Shown here: one piece after another, positions 47,106 through 58,567 of the stretch
Layout: each line of letters starts with the position of its first letter
Position numbering within the stretch: position 1 is the stretch's first letter
Assembly: GCA_019661945.1 (NCBI GenBank)
Contig: JAIFWI010000003.1
Location: 1,126 to 65,125, forward strand
DNA: 64,000 nucleotides
Reading direction: 5' to 3'
Source: Candidatus Parcubacteria bacterium
GTDB taxonomy: Bacteria > Patescibacteriota > Minisyncoccia > Phycocordibacterales > JAKAEA01
Program-made: the position numbers and the translations under genes
The notes under the pieces: model-generated
The model's database searches: none
Told to the model about the DNA's origin: nothing
The model's input: the letters and a program-made list of their open reading frames with translations, nothing else

Positions 47106-47948
47106 ATGATCATGTCAGTTGATTTGGCTGCGGCAGGGCTGATCAATATCAGCTACCCGCTTCAAATTCGAGACAAGGTTGAACAGACTGTTCAGTCATG
47201 GAAATGGTTCTGCGAGCTTCACTCGGACATCAAAAAGAGTTTCGCCTACGAGAACGAGGGTAATCTCGATGGAGCCGGTTATGAGCTCAAACTCGATAAG
47301 GGCTCGACGAAGGATCTCAAGGAGGACTTCCACTACAATGAAAAGTCCTTTGACCGCCTCAGGCGTACAGCTAATGATTCGAAGGAACCACATGCCTTCT
47401 CCTTTATCTTTGATGCCAAGGATTTGGTCCAGGCTCTTACCTCGTTTGTTAGTGATTTTGCAGATGGTCTTGAGGGACTTCTTGATTTGCGGGGGTTTCG
47501 CCAAGAAGTGATTGATAGCCGGCCAAACTGGATTCTGCGCTCTCTGCATTACTTCGGTGATCGGCAGCCGGGAGAAATGTTGGCTACGCCGCATGCAGAC
47601 AAAAGCGGCTTCACGCTTCATCTCTTTGAGAGCCACCTGGGTCTCGAGTATCTGGACATGGCTACTCGTGCATGGAGAGAAATGCCCATGGCCGAAGGTC
47701 AGACGGTGATCATCAGCAATCAGCAGCTCCAGTATAAAACACAGGGGCGGTTGAAGGGCTTATGTCATCGAGTGATAGCGACCGAAGAGACCGCCAAGGT
47801 CGGGCGCTATTCCATGGTGTTATTTGTGCCTCTTCTGCAGACGCCGAAGTTTGACACAAGGGGCAAAGGTCGCCAGCAGGATTTGCCGCCCGGCTGGAAC
47901 TACGACATTAGCCATGAGGAATTTTCACAGTACTTTGAACCGCTGTAG
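47106..47948 (+). CDS. 2-oxoglutarate/Fe(II)-dependent dioxygenase superfamily protein, GC-rich
   Basis: HxD (TPHADKSG) and distal His (LCHRV) motifs of the 2OG-FeII_Oxy fold. A Shine-Dalgarno site GGAGG is present. GC is ~55%. Confidence 0.6.
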   Translation: MIMSVDLAAAGLINISYPLQIRDKVEQTVQSWKWFCELHSDIKKSFAYENEGNLDGAGYELKLDKGSTKDLKEDFHYNEKSFDRLRRTANDSKEPHAFSFIFDAKDLVQALTSFVSDFADGLEGLLDLRGFRQEVIDSRPNWILRSLHYFGDRQPGEMLATPHADKSGFTLHLFESHLGLEYLDMATRAWREMPMAEGQTVIISNQQLQYKTQGRLKGLCHRVIATEETAKVGRYSMVLFVPLLQTPKFDTRGKGRQQDLPPGWNYDISHEEFSQYFEPL

Positions 47949-47989
47949 CGCCTGACGTCCGTCTAGCGCTTTTTTTATAAGTATATCAC

Positions 47990-48870
47990 ATAGACACTTA
48001 GTGTCCAAATTTAACTCTATTTTATTATTTATTTATAAAGTTTTTAAGTTCAATTATCTATAATTCGTTGGACACTTAGTGTCTCAACTTATGAGAAATA
48101 TCGAACTTTCAGTCGGCAGTTACTATCATTTATTTAACCGAGGTGTGGATAAAAGATTAGTCTTTCTCGATCAAGATGATATCGGCCGGTTCCTTTTAAG
48201 TATGAACCTATTTAATTCGACTATTCCTCTAGGTAGTATCTACCAAAGTAATTTAGTGAAAAAGAAGGAAGAACGTGGACACTTAGTGTCCAAACCAGTA
48301 GAAAGGCTGGTTGAGTTTATATGTTATTGTCTAAATCCTAATCATTATCATTTCCTCATTCAACAGCTTGCTGATAAGGGAATAGAGAAATTCATGCACA
48401 AGCTCGGAAATGGATATACAAAATATTTCAATCATAAATACAAACGCACAGGCTCTCTATTCGGAGGAAATTATAAATCAGTTTTAATAAAGTCAAATGA
48501 ACAACTTTTACATACAAGTGCATACATAAATCTGAACAATAGGATTAGTGAAAAGGGAAGTATATTTGATCTATCTAAATCAAGCTGGGGCGAGTATATC
48601 TCTAATCAAGACGGAATATGCAATAAAGATATAATCCTTGAACAGTTCACTGATAGTCAGGTCTATAAGTCTTTTGCTGAGAGTTCCTATATAGATATTC
48701 AAGAAAGAAAAATACTAAGAAAAGAGCTTGAAATATGGGGAGTGGACACTTAGTGTCTATAAGCTATACTAAAGTTGTAACAAATCCCAATCCTATCCAG
48801 TTATAACAGGTGTAAAGGTCGGCAAAATGAACTAGTGGACCGGGATGGGTAGGGAAAACCCATCCTGTAA
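47990..48870 (+). mobile_element. RAYT/IS200-like element: HuH-Y1 transposase gene with four REP-like palindromes and a terminal hairpin
   Basis: The GGACACTTAGTGTCC-type palindrome occurs at 47993-48005, 48071-48083, 48278-48290 and 48744-48756. A strong hairpin lies at 48841-48867. Confidence 0.6.
48091..48753 (+). CDS. REP-associated tyrosine transposase / IS200-family TnpA-like (Y1 HuH)
   Basis: YYHLFNRGV N-terminal motif, HuH motif PNHYHFLI, and a Tyr-bearing GGNYKSVLI...YINLN region. One palindrome copy lies inside the ORF and one overlaps the stop. Confidence 0.7.
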   Translation: MRNIELSVGSYYHLFNRGVDKRLVFLDQDDIGRFLLSMNLFNSTIPLGSIYQSNLVKKKEERGHLVSKPVERLVEFICYCLNPNHYHFLIQQLADKGIEKFMHKLGNGYTKYFNHKYKRTGSLFGGNYKSVLIKSNEQLLHTSAYINLNNRISEKGSIFDLSKSSWGEYISNQDGICNKDIILEQFTDSQVYKSFAESSYIDIQERKILRKELEIWGVDT

Positions 48871-48878
48871 CCATATCA

Positions 48879-49436
48879 ATGGAAACCCATAAAGAAAAAA
48901 GTGATAGCGAATTATTGGCCCTGTCGGTCAATCACCCATCTGCCTTTGGCATTTTGGTTGACCGCTATCAGAAGGAATTCCTACGTAAAGTAACATTCAT
49001 TTTAAAAAATAAGGAAGAAGCCGAAGACATAGTCCAGGATGCTTTTGTAAAAATCTACACGCACGCTTCGAAATTTAAGGTTCAGGAAGGAGCCACCTTT
49101 AAATCCTGGGGCTACAAAATTCTTTTAAATACCTGTTATACCTACTGCAAGAAGAAGAAACGTGAACAGCAGTTTCGAGAATATATTGAAATCGATGCGG
49201 ATCTCGTGTTTTCAGAAAATGAATTTGAGAAAAAATTTGATCTTGATCAGACCTTATCAATTATTTCAAAAATCCCTGTGGCTTTAGCTCGAATGCTGAC
49301 CCTGACCTTGCTTGAGGGAAAAACGTACGAAGATATTGCTGAAATAGAAAATCTTACACCAGGCGCAGTCCGGACCAGAATGCATCGAGCTAAACGAGAA
49401 TTTGAAAAAATTCAACAAGAATATGCAAAGCCATGA
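48879..49436 (+). CDS. ECF-type sigma-70 family RNA polymerase sigma factor
   Basis: Region 2 (DIVQDAFVKIY...) and region 4 (LTPGAVRTRMHRAKREF) signatures. Confidence 0.8.
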   Translation: METHKEKSDSELLALSVNHPSAFGILVDRYQKEFLRKVTFILKNKEEAEDIVQDAFVKIYTHASKFKVQEGATFKSWGYKILLNTCYTYCKKKKREQQFREYIEIDADLVFSENEFEKKFDLDQTLSIISKIPVALARMLTLTLLEGKTYEDIAEIENLTPGAVRTRMHRAKREFEKIQQEYAKP

Positions 49437-49749
49437 ATTAAAGCAAAATATTATGCGCCGAGTATATACAGTCTATCTATTAAAGACTGTTGCTCAGCCG
49501 CTCCTCTTTGAACTAGCGCTCATTGCGGCTTTTATTGGTGTAGCAGCTTTCTTTATATCACTCAAGAGTGTTTTAGTGAATGTGTACTCGATCCATGATA
49601 TTGAAGCTGTTGGGCAGTTTCTTTTTTCAGCATTTATTGAGACTCAGATTGTGGTCAAAACTATTGTCGTCGGTGTCTTTATGACGCTCGTCGTGTTTAT
49701 CTACGATTCGGTCAGACGTATCCGTCGGGCCTGGGCTTATCGAACATAA
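49423..49749 (+). CDS. putative membrane anti-sigma factor (two TM helices)
   Basis: It overlaps the sigma gene by 14 nt and has hydrophobic helices. Assignment is positional. Confidence 0.45.
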   Translation: MQSHELKQNIMRRVYTVYLLKTVAQPLLFELALIAAFIGVAAFFISLKSVLVNVYSIHDIEAVGQFLFSAFIETQIVVKTIVVGVFMTLVVFIYDSVRRIRRAWAYRT

Positions 49750-49762
49750 GACAAAACAAAAA

Positions 49763-49790
49763 AACCGAGATGACTCGGTTTTTTTGTTTG
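49763..49790. terminator. bidirectional intrinsic terminator (AACCGAG-ATGA-CTCGGTT with flanking A- and T-runs)
   Basis: It lies between convergent genes. Confidence 0.6.
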
Positions 49791-49794
49791 AGAA

Positions 49795-50031
49795 TTACAT
49801 GCTGATACGGCGAGCTTGTCCGCCCATTTTGCCGATACGAGCCATGTGATCACGATTTTGGCTGACTTTCTGTCCGCCTTTTCGTCCGGCTTCGCGAGCT
49901 TCTTCAGGAGTAAATTCATGGGCAGTACCTCTTTCGTGTGCTGCTTTTCCACCCCGTGAAGCAATCTCTTTCTGCCGCAATGGATCCATGCTTGCAAATC
50001 CTCTGTCTTCGGTTGCGTAATATATTGCCAT
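49795..50031 (-). CDS. KGG-repeat stress-induced protein (general stress protein YciG/GsiB-like)
   Basis: Repeated ...RGGKA.../...KGGQ.../...MGGQ... motifs. An alternative start at 49989 has a better Shine-Dalgarno site. Confidence 0.6.
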   Translation of the reverse strand: MAIYYATEDRGFASMDPLRQKEIASRGGKAAHERGTAHEFTPEEAREAGRKGGQKVSQNRDHMARIGKMGGQARRISM

Positions 50032-50130
50032 ATTTCTAAAAATTATCTACTGGAGTCCCATATTCATGAGACCTCTTACTAGAGGACGTATGAAAGCCCC
50101 AACACTTTCTTGTGCTATAGTACCAGTGTT

Positions 50131-51210
50131 ATGACGGATGTCGAGACCCAGTTTTATACTCGGACAAGAGATGCCTGGGATATCATGCTCCAGGATATTG
50201 ATCATGCTCAAAAGACTATTGATATCGAGCAATATATTTTTACCATAGATGTTATTGGAGAGCGATTTCTCGAGCTCTTACAGGAAAAAGCCCGTCAGGG
50301 AATACAAATACGACTTATGCTTGATATGGTTGGAAGCCTTGGATTTTATCGCTCACCTATGCCTGAATTATTGCGAAAAAACGGCATACAGGTACGATTT
50401 TTTAATCCAATTAGTTTGTGGCGAATAGCAACTCTTACTTTTACCTCAAACTTTTTTAGGGATCATCGAAAGATTATGGTTATTGACGGAAAAATTGGTC
50501 ACATTGGTGGTGTCGGTATTCAGGATGACATGGTCAATTGGCGCGATACCCACGTTCGGACAACTGGGCTTCTTGTTCAAGATATTGCTTCTAGTTTTGA
50601 AACAGTCTGGAAACAAAAAGGAAAAAATATGATGGGGAGTTTTAAACGTACGAAACAATTTGTAAAAAATTTCAATCTCCTGACCAATTCGCCTCGCCCT
50701 AGACAACGATACCTCTATCAAGCCCTTATCCTAAATATCCGTAATGCTAAGAAATACATCTATTTAACCACACCTTATTTTATTCCTGATATCAGACTCT
50801 TCCGGGTGTTACGTTTGGCTGCAAAGCGGGGTGTTGATGTCCAACTTCTTGTACCCGAAGTTGCTGATCATATTTTTATTAATCATGCTCGGGAGTCATA
50901 TTTTACGTTGGCTCTTAAAGCGGGAATTCGTATTTATGTATATAAAGGCTTAATGATGCACGCTAAAACTGGGGTTATTGATGATGAGTGGGCAACAGCA
51001 GGAAGTTTTAATTTAGATAACCTTAGTTTGTCTTTTAATTACGAAGCTAACATTTCGACGAGCGATAAACAATTCATTCAAGACGTTAAGACGCACTTTC
51101 TTGAAGATGTTCAGTCGTCCAGAGAAATAATCTTGGAGACATGGATCAGACGGCCATTGGGTAAAAAGATCCTTGAACTCCTGACCTGGCCGTTCCATGG
51201 GATTATGTGA
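50131..51210 (+). CDS. phospholipase D-family protein (cardiolipin synthase-like, two HKD motifs, no TM)
   Basis: HRKIMVIDG and MMHAKTGVIDD HKD motifs. The chosen start is the internal ATG at 50131. Confidence 0.75.
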   Translation: MTDVETQFYTRTRDAWDIMLQDIDHAQKTIDIEQYIFTIDVIGERFLELLQEKARQGIQIRLMLDMVGSLGFYRSPMPELLRKNGIQVRFFNPISLWRIATLTFTSNFFRDHRKIMVIDGKIGHIGGVGIQDDMVNWRDTHVRTTGLLVQDIASSFETVWKQKGKNMMGSFKRTKQFVKNFNLLTNSPRPRQRYLYQALILNIRNAKKYIYLTTPYFIPDIRLFRVLRLAAKRGVDVQLLVPEVADHIFINHARESYFTLALKAGIRIYVYKGLMMHAKTGVIDDEWATAGSFNLDNLSLSFNYEANISTSDKQFIQDVKTHFLEDVQSSREIILETWIRRPLGKKILELLTWPFHGIM

Positions 51211-51233
51211 TAGACTGCTCTTTGTCACATTAA

Positions 51234-53147
<1,914 letters not shown>

Positions 53148-53224
53148 GGGTTCTCCTTGTGTACGGTGCCGATGTAACACTATAAATTTTCCCAGAAAGA
53201 GTCAATATGCTACATTGAAAATAT

Positions 53225-54757
53225 ATGCACAAAGGTAAACAAGTCGTTCTTATAATCCTTGATGGTTGGGGATATCGCGAAGAGGTGACACATAATGCTA
53301 TTGCTCAGGCAAAGACGCCACATTTTAAAAGAATTTGGGATGAGTATCCACATACATTGCTTGAGGCTTCTGGCTTAGCTGTGGGTTTGCCAGAAGGTCA
53401 GATGGGAAATTCTGAAATTGGGCATACTACTATTGGTGCCGGGAAAGTCATTGATACAGATTTGGTGCGGATCGGTAAAGCAATTCGAGCTAATGAATTT
53501 ATTTCTAATCCAGCTTTCAAAAAACTCTTCGATCATGTTAAAAAACATAATTCGACGCTTCATATAAAAGGACTGCTCGGAAAAGGTGGAGTTCATGCTC
53601 ACTCTGATCACTTGCACGCATTCTTGCGTGCTGCAAAAGAAGCTGGAATTGAAAAAGTAGCCATTCATGCATTTACCGATGGTCGTGATACTCCGCCCCA
53701 AAGCGCTGCAGGATTTTTAGAAGAGTTAGAAAAAGTTATAGAAGATATGGGTATTGGTTTTATTGCAACGGCTACTGGCCGATTTTATGCCATGGATCGT
53801 GATAATAATTGGGATAGGGTAAAAAAAGCTGAAGATGCAGTGTTTGAAGGAAAAGGCAGAAATATTGAAAAGCCCCTCGATGGTACTCGGAGTAAACCAT
53901 CTCAGGTGATTGCTGAACTTTATAAAGAGGGGATTATTGATGAACATATAGAGCCGACAGTATTTCTTGATGATAATGGTAAAAGCTACAAAGTAGAAAA
54001 AAATGATGGAGTATTTTTTTTTAATTTTAGATCTGATCGAGCTCGTCAGCTTTCCAGAAAAATTGTTGAGAAAAAGGACAGTCACAATATTTGTTTTGTG
54101 ACACTTACGGAATATGATCCGGCTTTACGAGCTGATGTGGCTTTCACGCCAATCTCAATTGAAACTACTCTGGCGGCTGAAATTGCTCACGCTGGACTTA
54201 CTCAGGCTCATATTGCCGAGACAGAAAAATTTCCTCATGCCACCTATTTTTTAAATGGAGGAAAACAAAATCCGCATTCAGGGGAAGTTCATATTATGTT
54301 AGACAGCCGCAAAGATGTACAGACTCATGATCTAGCACCCAAGATGCGGGCTGAAGCTATTGCCGATAAGGCTGTAGAAGAGATTAACAAAGGTACGAAT
54401 TTTATTTTTATAAACTTCGCCAATCCAGATATGGTTGGTCATACCGCTAATGTCCCGGCCATTATTGAAGCAGTTCAGGAAGTTGATACTCAACTTGGCA
54501 AAGTCATATCTGCTCTAGAAAAAAATAGGGGAATAGCTTTTGTTACCGCTGATCACGGCAATGCTGAGGTGAATATTGATTCAAAAACAGGCGAAAAACA
54601 TACTGCGCACACCATTAATCTTGTTCCGGCTATTGTTACAAAAAAAGATATTGAACTTCGAATTAACGGCGGCTTAGCTGATATTGCCCCAACCATTCTT
54701 AATCTGTTAGATATTTCACAGCCTGTTTCTATGACCGGAAAAAATCTCATTGCATAA
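53225..54757 (+). CDS. gpmI: 2,3-bisphosphoglycerate-independent phosphoglycerate mutase
   Basis: VVLIILDGWGY N-terminus and overall 510-aa iPGM architecture. Confidence 0.9.
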   Translation: MHKGKQVVLIILDGWGYREEVTHNAIAQAKTPHFKRIWDEYPHTLLEASGLAVGLPEGQMGNSEIGHTTIGAGKVIDTDLVRIGKAIRANEFISNPAFKKLFDHVKKHNSTLHIKGLLGKGGVHAHSDHLHAFLRAAKEAGIEKVAIHAFTDGRDTPPQSAAGFLEELEKVIEDMGIGFIATATGRFYAMDRDNNWDRVKKAEDAVFEGKGRNIEKPLDGTRSKPSQVIAELYKEGIIDEHIEPTVFLDDNGKSYKVEKNDGVFFFNFRSDRARQLSRKIVEKKDSHNICFVTLTEYDPALRADVAFTPISIETTLAAEIAHAGLTQAHIAETEKFPHATYFLNGGKQNPHSGEVHIMLDSRKDVQTHDLAPKMRAEAIADKAVEEINKGTNFIFINFANPDMVGHTANVPAIIEAVQEVDTQLGKVISALEKNRGIAFVTADHGNAEVNIDSKTGEKHTAHTINLVPAIVTKKDIELRINGGLADIAPTILNLLDISQPVSMTGKNLIA

Positions 54758-54799
54758 AGTTTATGCTATAGTACAGGTATTATACGTTAATTAACTACT

Positions 54800-55225
54800 A
54801 TGCTTACATATTCAGTAAGTGTTTGGGGAGTGATTATTGCCGCTTTTGTAGCCATGGTCATTGGTATGATCTGGTACTCGCCATTTGCCTTTGGTAAAAA
54901 ATGGATGGCTTTAGTTGGCATGACGCCGGATATGATGGCAGGAGCAAAATCTGGAGCGCGCACGGCTTATAGTATAAGTGCAGTTGTATCGCTCATAATG
55001 ATGTACGTATTGGGCCTCTTTATTTCCAACATGTTCACACCAACTCTAGGTGAAGCGATAAGAGTTGGATTTTTAGCCTGGCTTGGTTTCGCGGCGACAA
55101 GCATGTCTGCAGAATATCTGTATTCAGTAAAACAAAAGCCATGGTCGCTCTATGTCATTAATGCCGGTTATCAGCTTGCTATCATGTTGGCAGGCTCTAT
55201 TATTCTGTATTTTTTTATGAGTTAA
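54800..55225 (+). CDS. small polytopic membrane protein (DUF1761-like)
   Basis: Four hydrophobic helices over 141 aa. Confidence 0.5.
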   Translation: MLTYSVSVWGVIIAAFVAMVIGMIWYSPFAFGKKWMALVGMTPDMMAGAKSGARTAYSISAVVSLIMMYVLGLFISNMFTPTLGEAIRVGFLAWLGFAATSMSAEYLYSVKQKPWSLYVINAGYQLAIMLAGSIILYFFMS

Positions 55226-55244
55226 ACATGTTGGTGAGTTTCGT

Positions 55245-56534
55245 ATGAAATGGCCGCTTCCATATCCTGAAGTATATTGGTATACATTAAAATCACCGAA
55301 AGTAATGAAGCTCGACGAAGATCTTGTTTTTGATGTGGTTATTATCGGTGGTGGCATGGCCGGGCTTATGTGTGCTCAGCGAATTAAGCGTTACAATAAA
55401 AATGTCCGAGTGGCGATCATTGAGTCATCAGTCTGCGGTGGTGGCGCCAGTGGTAAAAGCTCAGGTTTCATTACTCCAGATTCAGAACTAGAACTAACCG
55501 ATCTTGTCGAAGCTCACGGAGAAGTGGAAGGTAAACGAATATGGGAATTTGCCAAAAGTGGTGTGGAATCAATTCGAAAGACTATTGAACAGCGAAGTCT
55601 TAACTGTGATTATTCAGTCCAGGACTCGCTCTACATTGCTAACACCTTTGAGGATTATAAAGATATAGCTAAAGAATGGGCAATACAGAAAAAGCTAGGC
55701 TATGATGCATGGCTCTATCGACGAGAGACATTAGGTAGGGTTATTGGGTCAGCTGATTATCAGGGCGCAGTACGTTCGAAAGGCACTTTCGGTATTATTA
55801 GTTTCTTGTATTGCCAAGAGCTTAAAGAGTCGCTCATCCGTGACGGTATCCCGATTTATGAACACACACCAGTGCTCGAATTATCTGCGCCCTATATTCG
55901 AACCAATGACTATACAATTGAAGCTGAAAAAATTATTATTTGTACCGATAGATTCTTGCCGAAATTTCATATGGCTAAAGATGAGGTCTATCATGCCCAG
56001 ACATTTTTAGCAGTCTCAGCTCCACTGCCACGCGAAACAATTCAACGAATATTTCCCGGCGGACCGATGATGGTTTGGGATAGTGATCTTATTTATCAAT
56101 ACTATCGTATGGTCGAAGGCAATCGTCTCCTTATTGGCGCCTCGAGTCTTATATATACCTACGCCCGCCAAAAGAAAACGCTGTCGAAAAAGATTGTAAA
56201 AAAAATGTACAGCTATCTTGAAAAGAAATTTCCTGATATTCCCCTGAAGCTCGATTATTTCTGGCCGGGACTGATTGGTGTTTCAAAAGATTTCCTGCCG
56301 ATTATAGGTATGGATCCTGTCATGAAAAATGTCTACTTTACCGGTGCTGGTGCGGGTCTTCCGTGGGCGGCTGCTCTTGGAGAATATACCGCTGATAAAA
56401 TTTTTAACGGCCGAAGTGATTTTGATAAGGTTTTTAGTTATAAAAGGAAGTTTCCTATTGGCCATTCAGCCCAGGTTGTTTTATCAAAACCATTGTCATT
56501 TGCTCTCAGTCATGGTATAAAGAAGTATATTTAA
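55245..56534 (+). CDS. FAD-dependent oxidoreductase (DAO family)
   Basis: VVIIGGGMAGL dinucleotide-binding motif. Confidence 0.7.
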   Translation: MKWPLPYPEVYWYTLKSPKVMKLDEDLVFDVVIIGGGMAGLMCAQRIKRYNKNVRVAIIESSVCGGGASGKSSGFITPDSELELTDLVEAHGEVEGKRIWEFAKSGVESIRKTIEQRSLNCDYSVQDSLYIANTFEDYKDIAKEWAIQKKLGYDAWLYRRETLGRVIGSADYQGAVRSKGTFGIISFLYCQELKESLIRDGIPIYEHTPVLELSAPYIRTNDYTIEAEKIIICTDRFLPKFHMAKDEVYHAQTFLAVSAPLPRETIQRIFPGGPMMVWDSDLIYQYYRMVEGNRLLIGASSLIYTYARQKKTLSKKIVKKMYSYLEKKFPDIPLKLDYFWPGLIGVSKDFLPIIGMDPVMKNVYFTGAGAGLPWAAALGEYTADKIFNGRSDFDKVFSYKRKFPIGHSAQVVLSKPLSFALSHGIKKYI

Positions 56535-56538
56535 CTCC

Positions 56539-57567
56539 ATGGACACCTCTCATAACCACAAACTCCAGCACTATTTCTTCGCTATGCTGCTTCTGGCAGT
56601 TGGGGTGATTATGTTTCTTATTTTCAAGCCATTTATTGCTCCATTGGTATTGGGTATTTCATTTGCAGTAGTCTTTCAACCTCTCTATAACAACATTCTC
56701 ACTCGATATCCTGAAAAAAGAGGCTTAGCTGCATTGCTGACCATTCTGATTGTTATTTTACTTGTGGTTATACCACTTATTTTTATTGGCAGTCTTTTAT
56801 TTACTGAGGCTCGTGATTTATATGTCAGCTTAACCTCATCAAGTGGTAGCGTCGGAGCATTTACAACAGTCTTCCAAAATATAGAAGGTTATCTTCAGGG
56901 TTTTTTGCCGGAGATATCGATTAATGTTGCGGAATATTTGCAAAACGGTCTGCAATGGATTTTAGGAAATCTCGGTTCATTTTTCTCAGGATTTCTGACT
57001 GTCTCGCTTGATCTCTTTATTATGCTTGTTGCTCTCTTTTACTTACTTCGTGATGGTGAAAAGTTTAAAAGACATTATATTGCCTTGAGTCCTCTGAGTA
57101 ATACGTATGATGAACGAATTTTTGAAAAACTTAATCAAGCCATCAATTCAGTCATAAAAGGCTCACTTGTTATTGCTGCGGTTCAAGGATTACTTGCAGG
57201 TTTGGGAATGTGGATTTTCGGTATTCCCAACCCTATTATCTGGGGTGTAACTGCTATGATCGCCAGTCTCATTCCTGGAATCGGTACAGCTTTGGTTATC
57301 GGTCCGGCAGTTCTGTATCTTTTCTTTGTAGACCATGTTGGTATGGCTATTGGTTTAATCATTTGGGGTGTGGCCATTGTCGGTTTGGTTGATAATATGT
57401 TGGCGCCTAATCTTATTAATCGCGGCATAAAAATTCATCCACTGCTTATCCTTATTTCGGTTCTTGGCGGTATCCTCTTCTTTGGACCAATTGGATTTCT
57501 TCTGGGTCCACTTGTGCTTGCACTTTTCTTTGCTCTATTAGATATTTATCCTTTAATCCTGAAATAA
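56539..57567 (+). CDS. AI-2E family transporter (PerM/YhhT-like, UPF0118)
   Basis: Eight-TM pattern and length typical of the family. Confidence 0.65.
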   Translation: MDTSHNHKLQHYFFAMLLLAVGVIMFLIFKPFIAPLVLGISFAVVFQPLYNNILTRYPEKRGLAALLTILIVILLVVIPLIFIGSLLFTEARDLYVSLTSSSGSVGAFTTVFQNIEGYLQGFLPEISINVAEYLQNGLQWILGNLGSFFSGFLTVSLDLFIMLVALFYLLRDGEKFKRHYIALSPLSNTYDERIFEKLNQAINSVIKGSLVIAAVQGLLAGLGMWIFGIPNPIIWGVTAMIASLIPGIGTALVIGPAVLYLFFVDHVGMAIGLIIWGVAIVGLVDNMLAPNLINRGIKIHPLLILISVLGGILFFGPIGFLLGPLVLALFFALLDIYPLILK

Positions 57568-57573
57568 ACCAGA

Positions 57574-58545
57574 ATGGCATTTATAGATGAATTACGTTTC
57601 CGAGCTGTAGCCGGAAGGGGAGGTAATGGTGTTGTCCGATGGCGCCACGAAAAAGGCAAGGAGTTTTCTGGTGCCTCGGGTGGTAATGGCGGCAAAGGCG
57701 GCGACATATTTGTTCAGGCTGTTCGCGATATTCAACTTCTGGCAAAGTATAAACATAAGAAAGGATTTTTCGCAGGCCATGGTGATCCTGGTCAGCGTGA
57801 TAGCAAGCATGGCAAGAACGGTGAAGATACTATTATAGATCTGCCTATTGGTTCAATTATTACCAATCTTGATACAGGCAAAAAATACAATTTAATTAAA
57901 GAAGGCGAGAAAATCCAAGTGCTTAAAGGCGGTCGCGGAGGCCTCGGCAATGAACATTTTAAAGCTTCGACCAATACGACACCATATCAATCAACCCCTG
58001 GGGTCGAAGGTGAGCAGGCACATTTTTATATTGAACTTGAACTGGTGGCAGATGCCGGCCTTATCGGTCTACCAAATGCAGGTAAATCGAGTCTCCTAAA
58101 TGAATTAACAAATGCCAAATCAAAAGTGGCCAATTATGAATTTACCACACTTGATCCAGCTCTCGGAAATATGGAGGGTTTTATTGTCGCAGACATTCCC
58201 GGACTTATCGAAGGCGCTTCATCTGGAAAAGGTTTGGGTCACAAATTCTTGCGTCATGTGCGCAGAACTAAATTATTGCTTCACTGCATTTCACTTGAAC
58301 AAGAAGATTTGAAATCAGTCTACAAAGCCATTCGGGCAGAACTTAAAGCTTTCGATCCTGAGTTAACCAAAAAACAAGAAGTCATTATTTTAACAAAAAC
58401 AGATACAGCTTCAGTCAAAAAAATAGAAAAAGAAGTGAAGACATTTAAAAAACTTCAGGAGCATGTCTTTACCGTTACTATTTTAGATGACAAATCTGTT
58501 AAAGATCTGAAGGATAATTTAATTAAAATTTTAAGAAAAGTCTAA
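57574..58545 (+). CDS. obg: GTPase Obg (short form lacking C-terminal domain)
   Basis: N-terminal Gly-rich Obg fold and GTPase motifs GLPNAGKSSL, DIPG and TKTD. Confidence 0.88.
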   Translation: MAFIDELRFRAVAGRGGNGVVRWRHEKGKEFSGASGGNGGKGGDIFVQAVRDIQLLAKYKHKKGFFAGHGDPGQRDSKHGKNGEDTIIDLPIGSIITNLDTGKKYNLIKEGEKIQVLKGGRGGLGNEHFKASTNTTPYQSTPGVEGEQAHFYIELELVADAGLIGLPNAGKSSLLNELTNAKSKVANYEFTTLDPALGNMEGFIVADIPGLIEGASSGKGLGHKFLRHVRRTKLLLHCISLEQEDLKSVYKAIRAELKAFDPELTKKQEVIILTKTDTASVKKIEKEVKTFKKLQEHVFTVTILDDKSVKDLKDNLIKILRKV

Positions 58546-58567
58546 GAAATATGCTAGGATAGCCTTT

